Assembly: GCA_963665665.1 (NCBI GenBank)
Contig: OY762428.1
Coordinates: forward strand, 1,056,001-1,120,000
Direction of reading: 5' to 3'
DNA: 64,000 nucleotides
Source: Candidatus Kapaibacterium sp.
GTDB lineage: Bacteria > Bacteroidota > Ignavibacteria > Kapaibacteriales > UBA2268
Shown: positions 36,305 to 47,689 of the stretch, piece after piece
Position numbering within the stretch: position 1 is the first letter of the stretch
Layout: every line of letters starts with the position of its first letter
The notes under the pieces: generated by a model
What the model was told of the DNA's origin: nothing
The model's input: the letters and a program-made list of their open reading frames with translations, nothing else
Databases searched by the model: none
Made by a program: the position numbers and the translations under genes

Positions 36305-39300
36305 TTATCTTGCTATGATGAATTTCTTGATGATCTGGTCTTCACCGGCTCTAATATTCAGGATATAAGTTCCGGAAACAACGTTGTCAAGATTAATCTT
36401 GATATCGTGTGCACCGGCTGAATAATAGCTTCCGTTGAGTGCGCCGAGAACCTTGCGTCCAGAGAGATCAAGAACGTTAACTGTTACATTCTGTGAGCTC
36501 TGAAGCTCGAGAGTGAATGTAAGGTGATCAGTTGCAGGAACAGGCATCAGGTTAGATACGAAGAGGCCTGCTTCTTCATTTTCTCTGCTAAGGATGATAA
36601 CATCCCTGTGTGCAAGCAAGAATTCACGTCCATCAATACCTACAGCTACCAGCTTGTAGAGATATTCGTCGCCAACTCTGAGGTTAACATCATCATCAAC
36701 GAATGAGTATCTGTTATCTACGCCGCCAATTGCTACTAAGCCGGCATCGCTTGTAAAGCTACCAACTTTAACATAATCGAAGTCAACAGCATCCCAGGAT
36801 GTGTTAGTTACGTCAGCTCTGTAGAGTTCGAAACCAACGATACCCTGTTCGAATGTTGTGTTGAAGTCGAGATATGCATTAGCATTGTATGACTTAGCTG
36901 TAAACTGATCGAGTTCTACATACATACCACCTGCAGTTATACGGCAATCCGGAATTTCGATTGAAAGCGGGTTACCTGTACCAAGGTCGTCAATGTAATT
37001 TGTTGTAGGTGCTGCTACGCCATGGTGACCATTGTAGCGATACTCAGTTACTTTAGCATAGTAGTAAGTGTCATCGTTAAGGCCGGAAATTTCACCGGAC
37101 TCATCTACATCACCATTAGCAATGGCTTTAGAACCATCAGTGCCGCCTTCAGGAACAACAACTGTATTTGTTGTAAAGTTAATGTTTCCTGAGCCAACAT
37201 TGTAGTATTCACCATCAACAGGAAGTGACGGATAGTTATTTTCACGCATTACAACTACACGAGCATTACCGTTACGGCCGTTGCTCCATGAAAGCTGAAC
37301 CATACCTTCGCCGCCTACACAAGCGTCATCAATAACCTGAATACGTCTTGCCTGACGGTAAGGTTCAGTAGCTCTAAGAACGAAGCCATCATCGGTACCG
37401 CTATTTTCAGTATAACCTGACAGATAGCCTGTAGCAGATGCTTTGATCTTATTATAAGCGCGACCATCACCCATATACTGGTAGTAGCGTTCGTAGTTCG
37501 GATATGAATCCCATTCGAATGATGCGAATGTAACTGATGAGCTGCCGCCACCAATGTTACCTGTGTTGTTAGCTACAGCACCTGCATAAGTACCATCGTC
37601 GTAGATAGCATCAGCAAGTGTTCCAGCGTCAACAGGAGTAAGAGTGATATTAACAGTTCCGTCAGTTATAGGATTACCAAGCCTGTCTGTCCTTTCAACA
37701 CCGAGTTCGTCGAATGTATCGTGAGATAATTCAACTTCAGCCGGCATGTAAGCTGCAAGGAAGCGAAGCTGGTAGATTGTCCAAGGATTCTGTGAGCAAT
37801 CACTTGTATTGTAGTTCTTAGGACCAGAACCCTGGTTGTAAGCAAATACGTGTGCAACGTAGTTCTTATCTGATTCAAGGCCAGTAACAGTAACTGTGTG
37901 AGTTGTGTTAGAACCGTCTGTATCAGGAATTACGTCAACAACCCTGAATCCGCTTGCAACTTCAGTTGCTGAGCTCCAGCTTCCATTGTTATCCGCGTAG
38001 TCTGTGAAGTCTGACGGAGTCCAAGTGAATGCTGGCAGGCTGTAACCTTCCATAAGAACAACAATGTGTCCGCCATTTACAGTTCCATATTCCTGGAATG
38101 TGAATGTAAATGATGTGGAAGCATTGCTTGTGAAGTTAATTTCACAATCCTGTGCAGGTTCTGAAATGTATGCAGCACCAGTGAATTCAACTGTAAATGA
38201 ATCGCCGGCATAGCATGTAGCATTTTCCTGAACAGTAATTGTACCACTGTGATTAAGGTGTTCACCCTGAGGATAATACTGTACCCAGAATGTACCGCTT
38301 TCATCAGTGAGTGTAATTGTTGATGCCCAAGCATCAGCAGCGTCTTCCCTTACCCTGAAGTTATCGTTACCGTCGTTATCTGCAACAGATACCTGGATAG
38401 GATAATCAAGTTCAGAGAATGTGTAAAGAACAGAGTATGATGTTGATGACTCTGTCATTTCTTCAATATAACCAAAGTCTGTACCTGACTGTGATACGAA
38501 TGTAACTGTAGGTTCAGTTGTGGTTATTGTCGGTGAGCTTGTAAATGAGCTGGAACCGCAAGTACTGTTAGCACGAACCTTCACATAGTATGTCATGTTA
38601 GGATCGAGAGCACAATCAGAAGCTGTCCAGCTTGAAGGTGTTACAACAACATCAGAGCCAACCTGTACATCTGCTGATGTAAATACCTGAACGGTATAAT
38701 CATCTGCATCTGTTACGTCTGCCCAGTCAGCTGTTATCCTTGTAGCAGGATAAGTATCATGAGCAGCTACTGCAACTGCTGCCGGAGCTGCCGGAGGCAG
38801 GTCAACAGTGATAGTTGAAGCAGGTGAGGATACAGCACCACAAGGTCCGCATACGAATCTTGCTTCTACTTCAGCGCCATCCCAACCACCGGATACTCCG
38901 GTAATTTCGATAGTATTAGGAGCTAAAGCAGGTATACTAATAGTTGCTGCATAGTCGCCACTGCCATAAGAACCAGTTGTAACCTGAGTCCATGACCTTG
39001 AAGCATTGGCATTTGTCCACCATGTTGGAACAACCGGGCCACATGCCTGACTATATGCGAGTGCGGAATATTCAAGATCTCCACCAATACAGATAGTTTT
39101 TGTAGTGTTATCCTGAATATCACCTGTTACATGCCAGAATATAGGAGCATCATACATAATCATCTGGCTGATTACTTCAGATGCGCAAGTACCATTGCTT
39201 GCAACTATCTTAATAATAGCATTTTTCCAATCCGGATCACCCGGGTTAGTCCTGCTATAAGGTACATTGCTTAAAGTAAGTGTTGAAGAATTAGCAGCAC

Positions 39301-42300
39301 GAGCTGTAACTGTAGTTCCTTCAAATGATCCTGATAACGGAATAGCAATGTATGACTGAGCATCATTCAGGAAGTCAACATACCATGTAATTGATGTAGC
39401 ATCTGCTACATTAGTTGAGAATGTTGCAGTTCCATCGTCGCATACATCGATTTCATTATCATAATCATCATTATTATCACCAAATCCTTCAATTGTAGTA
39501 ATTGTCGGTATCGGTGAAGCAGTAAGTGTAACTGTTGTAGTTGTTTCACTACATGCTCCGTTAGATGCAGTAGCCCAGTACTGGAATCCATCCTGTGCAG
39601 TTACTGTCCATGATGCAGAATTACCAGCTAAGCTGAATGAGCCGCTTGTAACTTCTGTTACAGAACTGCCATCTGTTTCCCAGAGTTTAGGATTATTCAT
39701 TCCTGAAATATTGTCATAAGTAATCCAGAGAACTTTGTCGTCGCCGATACAAACAGCGCCGGCTGGTTCTTCTGTGATATTTGACAAGTTAGGAGCGTCA
39801 GAAACTGAAATAGGACCATAAACAGTAGTATTTGCATCAGTACATACACCGTTTGAGTAAACGATCCTGAATGAAGCACTACTATAGCTAATCTGGTTAG
39901 AAGTTATGCTTGCGCTTGTACCTGAAACTGTAAAGTCGCCGCCAACGTTGATCCAAGTTGAACCATCGTTCCACTGCCACTGTCTTGTTCCATAAGCTGC
40001 GCCATCAGCTGTAAATTCAAGTTCAATTACTTCAGATTCGCAGAATGCAGTCCTTGTTGTTGCCCAAGTACCATTTGCATTAGGTGCCTGGTCAATATTA
40101 ATTGTTATCGAGTTTGAAGAGCTAACTGTTGCAGCTCCGCAACCTGAAACATTACTATATGTAACCATAAGTTCCATACCGTCAAGTGCATGTACAGGAC
40201 TGTCAATAACAAGGTTGTTACCTGTTACAGTAGCAGAACCGGTAGAAGTACCGAATGCATTACCTGCATCAGTTGATACTACTGCCCATGAAGTTCCACC
40301 GTCTGTTGTCCAGCTCCAAACAGGATTAGTAGGAGTCGGGTTACCTGTTACATCAGCAGTAACTGTGAAGTTATCATTTTCACAAACATCCTGATCGGCA
40401 GTTAGGATTGTTACTGTCGGAGGAACGTTAACCTGAACTTCAACTTCATCATTCTGAGGATCGATAACACAAGCTTTACCGCGGTTATCCCTCATGCTGA
40501 TGAGAGTGTAGAGGTTAGTTGTAATGATATTGTTCACTGTATAAGTGTACGGGAATGAAAGGATACCTGTTACACGGTCAGTAGTCTGGCCGTTTGAGTA
40601 CCTTACTTCTGAATTTGCACCATTCTGGCCGCCATCGATGTCGAATACGAGATCAAGATCACCATCGTAGCAAACAACTGCACAAACGTCAGCGCTTGTT
40701 GTTGGTGTTGCACATGCCGGAGTACCGGATGCTACTGTCATTGAACCAAGTGGCCATGTCCAGTAAGACCTTGAGTTCCTGCGTGCAAGATCAGGAGTTC
40801 CATCGATGTTTGTGAAGTAATTAGTCTGGTTGCTTGAGCCGTTGAATGAGAATACGCCGATTGTGTATTCTGTACCAGCGTTCAGGCCTGTAAGAACTAA
40901 TTCTTCAGTACGTGTTGTAACGTTATCATTCTTATAGATAAGTTTACCACTTGTCCTTGTAACGTTGGATGTTTCAGCCCAACCTACTGTACCATTATCT
41001 GTAAGTGTCGGGTATTCCTGGCCGTCAACCGGATATTCAGATCCGTCTGTTGGCATTGAAGAAGCCTGGATAGCTCCAACAAGAACACCAGTACCGTCGC
41101 CGTTAGTCCAGCGGAATTTAAGTTCGCTGTCCGGATTTGCAGGCTTACGGAATATAATTATCTGTGCAGGTGTAGGCTCGTCATTCAGAGCAAATGCTGA
41201 TGTACCTGAGAAGATACCCCATGCTGTCTGAAGGTGATCAACGCCTGAAACCTGGAGAAGGTCTGTTGTGTGATTTGAACCGGAACCATAATCTGTCCAT
41301 GCATCAGGATCAAGTTCTTCATCCCAACGAGCAGCATAAGACCAGGCAGCGTCAAAGTTAGTGCCGGCAGTGCTGTTGCATGTAAGACCAAATCTCAATT
41401 CGAGATCAAGATCTGTAGATTCTGGATAAATTGTTCCTGTAGGATCATAAGCACCGAGATAATAAGTATGATCTGTAGCATAAGTATCATCACCTTTACT
41501 AAACTCATCAGCAGGGTTAGTTGCATTAACTCTTGCTGCATATTTTGATCCTGTCAGGAAGTTTGTTGAATTAGCTCTGAATTCAATTGGCAGATATTCT
41601 CCGCCTACACCTATCGGGAGTAATACTAAGTCATACTGGTCAACATTTTCTGCTACAAGTGAACCAGTACCGTTTGTAACTACAAATGAGTTGCAAACAC
41701 CAACATTAGTAATTGTACCACCAACATTCATGTCATTGTCGCCAAGGAACATGTGAGCGGTACCACCAATAGGCATATTGCCTGTTGCGTAGAATTCATC
41801 ATAAAGAGTTACAGAAGCGGAACTTGTATTGGAGATTGAAAGATCAATGTTTCCATTAATATAAGTATCGCCGTCGTTAACCCAGCCGTGGCCTTCGCCG
41901 GTAGCAGGAGTAACGTTTTCTAAGTAACTACCGTTTGTTACCCAGATGAATTCGCCGTCGTTAGCATCGTCGATAGCTGTCTGTATTGAAGCATAGTAAT
42001 CAACGATATCAGCAGTTGTAAGCATATCTGCTGTTGTTGCAACATAAACGTTTGCACCAACGCAGGAAGCAACTGTCTGGAAGCCAACCTGTGAAGGATA
42101 AACGTCTGTGCCGTCATTCAGCCAAGGCAGGTAATCAACGCCATCAGAAACTGTAGCGCCAAGTGTACCCATCTTAGTGTTGTCTGCATGGTCGGGACCA
42201 TTTGCAGAACCCCACCAGTTACATTCAGCTGTAAGGCTGCTTGAAGTACCGGTGATTGAGTATGAAACACTACAATCTGATGTAAACGAGTTATGATAAA

Positions 42301-45300
42301 GAATCATATCTGTTGACCAGTCAGTTGCAACATTAGCATCGGATAATAATCCCAAATACCCAATATTAACTTCTGAAGTATTTTCAAAGTTATTATTAGT
42401 TATTGAAGCGCTTGCCAATGTTCCTGTTCCGGTTGAACTACCATAATAGATTAATTCAGAAGCATTAAAATCATTATTATTAATGTCTACTACTGATAGA
42501 TCATCATCATTTATTCCAAATAACAATAAGGAATTTTCTACATCATTGTTAGAAAATTCTGTATTATTGGCTTCAGATTCCTCAACAAGGAGTGCGTAAC
42601 CCATAGTTCCTGTAAATACATTATAGTCTAATAATGTACCTGTAATTGATGCTGATGTTACAGCAACACCTACTGCAGGATTCTGAAGAATGGTATTGTG
42701 ATCTGCTGCAAAATTGCTAATAGAAATATTTCTAATTTCGACAGCAGGAACTGTTGGTCCGGCCATTGAAGGAATCATCCTTAATCCACGAAGTGAAACA
42801 TTATCAGCAGTAATTGTGAAGAGTTCACTTGGTGAAGATGTCGGAATAATTGTCGGGCCACCAATGTAACCTGGTGTAGTTGCATCGTAAGCACTTGTAA
42901 GGCCGTCGGCTTTTTTACCAACAACACAAACATCTGCTACGTGTGCATCAATATTATCTTCCTGATATGTACCATTCTTAACCCAGATGAACTGACCTGC
43001 GGAAGCATCGTCAATAGCTGCCTGGATTGAAGAATAATATTCAAGAATTGTAGCAGTTGCAGGATCTTCATCTGTAGCCCTGATAATCGGAGCATAAGAT
43101 GTACCTGTAAGATTACAAACAAGGCCTGATACTTCTGTCCAGAACGGAACAAATGTTAATGAACCGCTGACATCAGTAATTGCAGCACCCTGATCTGCTG
43201 TAGAAGAACCTACATAAGTATTAAGTGCATTTTCAGGACCATACTGTGAATCATAATAGTTATCTGTAGCATCGATGCCGGCTGTTCCGCCATAAGCATT
43301 AGCGGCAACATAGATAGCAGCAGATGTTTCATCAGTAAACGAGTTGAAATTAATATTTACATCGTCCTGAATTGTATTGTCATCAGCTCTGAATAAAATC
43401 GGAACTGCTGTATAATTACTGAATATATTCTGAGTAATAGTAAGATCTGTAAGAGTTGCAGATGCATCAGTTGTAAATACATCAATTGCTCCATTTGTAT
43501 ATTCAAATGTATTACATGTAATTACAATATTATCAGAATTTATATCGCCAAATCCAAGATCAATAGATCCTGAATAGGAGGCTGAGTTACCAGAAATTTC
43601 GGCATTTGTAATACCGCCAAGGAATGTACCCAAACCATCCTGTACACAACCAAGCACGCTACCATAACCTGACTGGTTAACACCACCTTCGGCAGTAGTA
43701 TAAGGCTTGAATGTGTTATCAGTAATATAAAGATTAGTAACTGAACCGCTTGCAACTGAGAAGGCACCACCAATGTCAGTACCAGCAGTTTCAAGAAGTG
43801 AATTCAGAACTCTTGCGTCTGCAGCCCAAGGGAATGACACGAGTTTTTCTCTGTCAGTACCGTCGAAACCGGCAGCGTAAAGCAGCCATGAATCCTGAAT
43901 GTAAACAGTTGTTCTTAGAGCTCCGGCATCTGTCCAAACAGCACCGTCAAAGTCATTAGCATCGTTACCAAGATCAATTTTGAAGCCGTCAATTGTTACA
44001 TTGTCAGCAGCAACAAAGATCATTGGTTCGTTGTAATCACCCTGAACCCATGGAGCACCAGGAGTCTGGCCTGAGTTTTTGTACTGGCCGTCAAGGACTG
44101 TAGTTGCTGAATAGCCTTTACCCTGAAGTTTAACTGACTGCGTAATAGTTGATGAAGTTACGAATGCAAAGTCACCATCATCGAAATAAACTATATTAGC
44201 TGCGTCAGTACCCGCAAGAGCATCGTCAAGGTTAGCAAAGTAATCAACAGGTGAGTCGTTGTTCCAGATTGGTGCATACAATGTTGTTAAAGCATTTGTA
44301 GTGAACCAGCGAACAAATTCAACACCAGGAGTTACTTCAGCACCCTGAGTAGGATACTCGAACTGGTTGCCTTCAAGTTCAACATAGCCGTAGTTGCCGT
44401 CGTGTTTAACAGCAGGGCCATTTGCACTTGCCCAGAAGTTCCACCTTGCTTCGAGGTCATTTCCACCGTTAAGTGAAATTGAAGCACTTTCGAAACCAAC
44501 TGCAGGACTTGCATCTGTGTCAAGTACAATGTTGTAAAGGAATTTGAATTCGTTATCGAAGTCAGCAATATCGGTACCGCCGAGAACATCCTGCATAATA
44601 TACAGAGCCGGATCATTTGTACTTCCATTCTGGAATGTATTATGGTGGAAGTAAATTCCGGAGAATGTTCTGCCAGTAAATGTCGCACTTGGATCAGCAA
44701 ATACGAAACCGCCATCAGCGATATCATTATTATTTACTGTAACGCCTGCAATACCGGCACCAAGGCCGAAGTATGCATTGTTATTTCCGTCGACATCATT
44801 ATTGCTGAGAGTTACGTTACTTGTTGTAGTTGATGTCGGAGTGATCTGGAACCAAGTTGTTGAACTTGCAGTTGTGAATGTATTCCAGTTAACATCAAGA
44901 TAATTTACGCCGTTTCCGTCAGAAACGTCAACACCTGCATCTGTTCCGTCAAGATCAAATGAACAGTATTCAATTCTTGAATTGTTCAAAGAACCTGTGA
45001 ACTGAACACCGGCTGTTACGCCAGTTGCAGTCATGTCAAGGTTGAAACCGCGCATTGAAACGTTATCAGCTGCAAAGAAGAAGAGAGTCCCTGTACCGTC
45101 GCCGGCAACGATAGGACCTGATCCTGTACCTGCTGTTCCGCCTGTCCAGGCGTCAGCTGTACCGGAAGGAATACCAGTTGTACCGGTTACCGGTTTTTTA
45201 CCTCTCAGGTAAACTTCTTCGTCAACTGTAACTGATTCGCTGTATGTACCTTCTTTTACGATGATATGATCACCGGTTGCTGCAGCGTCAACTGCAAGCT

Positions 45301-47689
45301 GGATTGAAGAATAAAGGCCTTTAAGGTTTGTCTCTGCAGCATTGTAGAGATAAACAGGGCCTTCAAACTCTGTACCAGTAGCAACGGAAGGACAAGCACC
45401 AGTATAATCTGTCCACCATGGGGCAAATGTATATTGGTAATCACTTACGTCAGAGTCATCATAAATTAATGAACCCTGGCTGCTTGTATTAAATACGTTT
45501 TCCGGGTGAGTCGGGCCGTATTTGCCAGTACCCCAGAAGTTGTATCTGATATCAAGAGCATTGCTGCCATCAGCATTATAAACTGCATAATCAGGTCCGG
45601 CTGAGGAATAATTGCTGAAGTCATGATAGTAAACTTCAATTCCATTAGCAGAACCAACATAAACACCGATTGCAGCATCACTGATATTATTACTGTAGAT
45701 CTCAACATTTGTAAATGTTGATGTTCCCGCAGCAATCGCAGCAGCAAATGAATCGTCATTAATGTTATTACACTGAACAAGAACATCATTAACATAATCG
45801 TAAGATGATCCTGAATATTCCACACCAATGTGAATTGCTGACGGCTCGTATGATCCAACAACAACACCAGAATAATCAGTATAGAATGTGTTTCCTGTTA
45901 CTTCAACTTCTGACCTTTCAACGATAACACCATTGAGCATACTATTTGAGATCAGTGGCATACCGAACATATTGTCAAAAATCTGTACAGGGTCACCAGT
46001 GAAGCTAGTTGAACCATTGTCAAACATCCTTATACCGAAATAACCGTCATCTGTTGTTTCTAACTGACTTTCTTCAGTAAGGAACCAGTTATCATGAATA
46101 TCCAGGCCGCCAATTCCGTCTTCGCTGCCAAGATAATCATTTACGATACCGATAGATGTTGTTCCAGATGCTTCTGTAAGAGGAACATAGAATTTATTAT
46201 TCTCAATTTCAGCATCAGCTGACTCAGTAATACCGAGAATATAAGCTGCTTCCGAAGCAGGAGTAATATCCGTTTTAAAAGAGAAACCATGGATATAAAC
46301 ATCGCCGTTAATGGCATATACTTCGTGCTGAGGATTATGTTCTGAGAAAGTAGTAGCAGATGCTGTAACTATATCGTCGCAAATGATAACATGACTGTCA
46401 GGCGAGTTTGTATTTGCACCTGTCGGGTCATCATGAGCGAAAAGTTCGATACTAACAGGAATGTCGAGACATTCTTCATAAGTACCGTCTGATACCATAA
46501 CGCGTTCGTTATTGTCGGCATCATCAATAGCATCCTGAATGTCGTAACGAATAAAGCGGGCTGAGCCGGCATCTGTACGTGAATCTGTAATTTCATCACC
46601 AGATGTTAAAGCAGCAGCAGAGTGGAGTACACTTCCGCCAAAATCATTACTATTGTTCCACCAGATATCATAAAGCATTATACCTGCAAAGTCCTGGTCG
46701 GCCTTTACAATGATATCGTTGGGTATATCAAACATGTTGTTATTTACATATACATCATTGTTTGATTCGTCAATGTTCAGACATGAGAGGTACATACCAA
46801 AGTTAGCTGTACTTGAAGTTGCAGAAGTTTCAAAAGTATTTTCTGAAATTTCTACAGCACCTTCAAGGTTCCAGATAGCTATAGCATAACCTTCTGTTTC
46901 TGCGCTGTTAGGTGTGTCACCGCAATCAGTAATTGTATTATACTGAATATAGGTACCTTCGGCATTAACATCAAATGTTGTACTACCTATTTGGATACCA
47001 TTTGTAACACAGTTAGTGATAGTATTACTACCACCGCTAGTACCAATCGTATTCAGGTCAATGCTGTTTGAAGCATTTGTTGAAACGATAATAATACCAA
47101 CACCACCGTGTGAATTGACTTTAGGATTGTCCTGCAAGTCAATTGATGTGTTTGTCACGGTCGCATCGCTGGTATTAGAAAGGTACATACCCCAGGTACA
47201 GTTCTCAATCGTTAGATTGTTAAAAACATGCCCTGCGGATTGGTTAATTGAGACAATGGCTGCGCCACCGTCATTAATAAAATCGCTACCGTTGGTTTGA
47301 GCAACGTAATCCTGAATAGTAAAGTTCTGGATAGTGACGTTATCCGCCGCTATATAAAAACCGACAGCTCTACTGCCGCCTCCCAGTCCTGTACCATCCA
47401 AGGTCGGGTAAGGGTCGCCATTATTTGCAGGAAGCCCTACAATAGTCAGGTTATTCTTACCAGCGCCAACATCAACACTTTCGTTATAAGTGCCGGTTAC
47501 GACGTTGATTACGTCTCCACCATCGGCAACGTTAACTGCATTTTGGATAGTCAGCTTCGCATTGAGTAATGTCAAACCATCATTGGCATCATTACCGGTG
47601 GGCGAAACATAATAACCCGTTGCAGTCATGGCATACGTACTCAGGACGAAAGCCGCCAGGAGTACGAAAAGTCTACCAAAACGTTGCAT
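36305..47689 (-). CDS. Giant (3794 aa) T9SS-secreted surface protein: tandem beta-helix modules, Ig/FN3-like domains, type A C-terminal domain
   Basis: Signal peptide, recurring SIQ.AID.A..G..I.V..GTY.E caps and N(F/W)W....GP ends, Ig strands (QWQWNDG..W; YYVKVRANSTCG), and terminal LMPVPATD...VLDLSGRKV...SGTYIL...KKFIIAR. Acidic and Thr/Ser/Asp/Asn-rich. Confidence 0.9.
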   Translation of the reverse strand: MQRFGRLFVLLAAFVLSTYAMTATGYYVSPTGNDANDGLTLLNAKLTIQNAVNVADGGDVINVVTGTYNESVDVGAGKNNLTIVGLPANNGDPYPTLDGTGLGGGSRAVGFYIAADNVTIQNFTIQDYVAQTNGSDFINDGGAAIVSINQSAGHVFNNLTIENCTWGMYLSNTSDATVTNTSIDLQDNPKVNSHGGVGIIIVSTNASNSIDLNTIGTSGGSNTITNCVTNGIQIGSTTFDVNAEGTYIQYNTITDCGDTPNSAETEGYAIAIWNLEGAVEISENTFETSATSSTANFGMYLSCLNIDESNNDVYVNNNMFDIPNDIIVKADQDFAGIMLYDIWWNNSNDFGGSVLHSAAALTSGDEITDSRTDAGSARFIRYDIQDAIDDADNNERVMVSDGTYEECLDIPVSIELFAHDDPTGANTNSPDSHVIICDDIVTASATTFSEHNPQHEVYAINGDVYIHGFSFKTDITPASEAAYILGITESADAEIENNKFYVPLTEASGTTSIGIVNDYLGSEDGIGGLDIHDNWFLTEESQLETTDDGYFGIRMFDNGSTSFTGDPVQIFDNMFGMPLISNSMLNGVIVERSEVEVTGNTFYTDYSGVVVGSYEPSAIHIGVEYSGSSYDYVNDVLVQCNNINDDSFAAAIAAGTSTFTNVEIYSNNISDAAIGVYVGSANGIEVYYHDFSNYSSAGPDYAVYNADGSNALDIRYNFWGTGKYGPTHPENVFNTSSQGSLIYDDSDVSDYQYTFAPWWTDYTGACPSVATGTEFEGPVYLYNAAETNLKGLYSSIQLAVDAAATGDHIIVKEGTYSESVTVDEEVYLRGKKPVTGTTGIPSGTADAWTGGTAGTGSGPIVAGDGTGTLFFFAADNVSMRGFNLDMTATGVTAGVQFTGSLNNSRIEYCSFDLDGTDAGVDVSDGNGVNYLDVNWNTFTTASSTTWFQITPTSTTTSNVTLSNNDVDGNNNAYFGLGAGIAGVTVNNNDIADGGFVFADPSATFTGRTFSGIYFHHNTFQNGSTNDPALYIMQDVLGGTDIADFDNEFKFLYNIVLDTDASPAVGFESASISLNGGNDLEARWNFWASANGPAVKHDGNYGYVELEGNQFEYPTQGAEVTPGVEFVRWFTTNALTTLYAPIWNNDSPVDYFANLDDALAGTDAANIVYFDDGDFAFVTSSTITQSVKLQGKGYSATTVLDGQYKNSGQTPGAPWVQGDYNEPMIFVAADNVTIDGFKIDLGNDANDFDGAVWTDAGALRTTVYIQDSWLLYAAGFDGTDREKLVSFPWAADARVLNSLLETAGTDIGGAFSVASGSVTNLYITDNTFKPYTTAEGGVNQSGYGSVLGCVQDGLGTFLGGITNAEISGNSASYSGSIDLGFGDINSDNIVITCNTFEYTNGAIDVFTTDASATLTDLTITQNIFSNYTAVPILFRADDNTIQDDVNINFNSFTDETSAAIYVAANAYGGTAGIDATDNYYDSQYGPENALNTYVGSSTADQGAAITDVSGSLTFVPFWTEVSGLVCNLTGTSYAPIIRATDEDPATATILEYYSSIQAAIDDASAGQFIWVKNGTYQEDNIDAHVADVCVVGKKADGLTSAYDATTPGYIGGPTIIPTSSPSELFTITADNVSLRGLRMIPSMAGPTVPAVEIRNISISNFAADHNTILQNPAVGVAVTSASITGTLLDYNVFTGTMGYALLVEESEANNTEFSNNDVENSLLLFGINDDDLSVVDINNNDFNASELIYYGSSTGTGTLASASITNNNFENTSEVNIGYLGLLSDANVATDWSTDMILYHNSFTSDCSVSYSITGTSSSLTAECNWWGSANGPDHADNTKMGTLGATVSDGVDYLPWLNDGTDVYPSQVGFQTVASCVGANVYVATTADMLTTADIVDYYASIQTAIDDANDGEFIWVTNGSYLENVTPATGEGHGWVNDGDTYINGNIDLSISNTSSASVTLYDEFYATGNMPIGGTAHMFLGDNDMNVGGTITNVGVCNSFVVTNGTGSLVAENVDQYDLVLLPIGVGGEYLPIEFRANSTNFLTGSKYAARVNATNPADEFSKGDDTYATDHTYYLGAYDPTGTIYPESTDLDLELRFGLTCNSTAGTNFDAAWSYAARWDEELDPDAWTDYGSGSNHTTDLLQVSGVDHLQTAWGIFSGTSAFALNDEPTPAQIIIFRKPANPDSELKFRWTNGDGTGVLVGAIQASSMPTDGSEYPVDGQEYPTLTDNGTVGWAETSNVTRTSGKLIYKNDNVTTRTEELVLTGLNAGTEYTIGVFSFNGSSNQTNYFTNIDGTPDLARRNSRSYWTWPLGSMTVASGTPACATPTTSADVCAVVCYDGDLDLVFDIDGGQNGANSEVRYSNGQTTDRVTGILSFPYTYTVNNIITTNLYTLISMRDNRGKACVIDPQNDEVEVQVNVPPTVTILTADQDVCENDNFTVTADVTGNPTPTNPVWSWTTDGGTSWAVVSTDAGNAFGTSTGSATVTGNNLVIDSPVHALDGMELMVTYSNVSGCGAATVSSSNSITINIDQAPNANGTWATTRTAFCESEVIELEFTADGAAYGTRQWQWNDGSTWINVGGDFTVSGTSASITSNQISYSSASFRIVYSNGVCTDANTTVYGPISVSDAPNLSNITEEPAGAVCIGDDKVLWITYDNISGMNNPKLWETDGSSVTEVTSGSFSLAGNSASWTVTAQDGFQYWATASNGACSETTTTVTLTASPIPTITTIEGFGDNNDDYDNEIDVCDDGTATFSTNVADATSITWYVDFLNDAQSYIAIPLSGSFEGTTVTARAANSSTLTLSNVPYSRTNPGDPDWKNAIIKIVASNGTCASEVISQMIMYDAPIFWHVTGDIQDNTTKTICIGGDLEYSALAYSQACGPVVPTWWTNANASRSWTQVTTGSYGSGDYAATISIPALAPNTIEITGVSGGWDGAEVEARFVCGPCGAVSSPASTITVDLPPAAPAAVAVAAHDTYPATRITADWADVTDADDYTVQVFTSADVQVGSDVVVTPSSWTASDCALDPNMTYYVKVRANSTCGSSSFTSSPTITTTEPTVTFVSQSGTDFGYIEEMTESSTSYSVLYTFSELDYPIQVSVADNDGNDNFRVREDAADAWASTITLTDESGTFWVQYYPQGEHLNHSGTITVQENATCYAGDSFTVEFTGAAYISEPAQDCEINFTSNASTSFTFTFQEYGTVNGGHIVVLMEGYSLPAFTWTPSDFTDYADNNGSWSSATEVASGFRVVDVIPDTDGSNTTHTVTVTGLESDKNYVAHVFAYNQGSGPKNYNTSDCSQNPWTIYQLRFLAAYMPAEVELSHDTFDELGVERTDRLGNPITDGTVNITLTPVDAGTLADAIYDDGTYAGAVANNTGNIGGGSSSVTFASFEWDSYPNYERYYQYMGDGRAYNKIKASATGYLSGYTENSGTDDGFVLRATEPYRQARRIQVIDDACVGGEGMVQLSWSNGRNGNARVVVMRENNYPSLPVDGEYYNVGSGNINFTTNTVVVPEGGTDGSKAIANGDVDESGEISGLNDDTYYYAKVTEYRYNGHHGVAAPTTNYIDDLGTGNPLSIEIPDCRITAGGMYVELDQFTAKSYNANAYLDFNTTFEQGIVGFELYRADVTNTSWDAVDFDYVKVGSFTSDAGLVAIGGVDNRYSFVDDDVNLRVGDEYLYKLVAVGIDGREFLLAHRDVIILSRENEEAGLFVSNLMPVPATDHLTFTLELQSSQNVTVNVLDLSGRKVLGALNGSYYSAGAHDIKINLDNVVSGTYILNIRAGEDQIIKKFIIAR

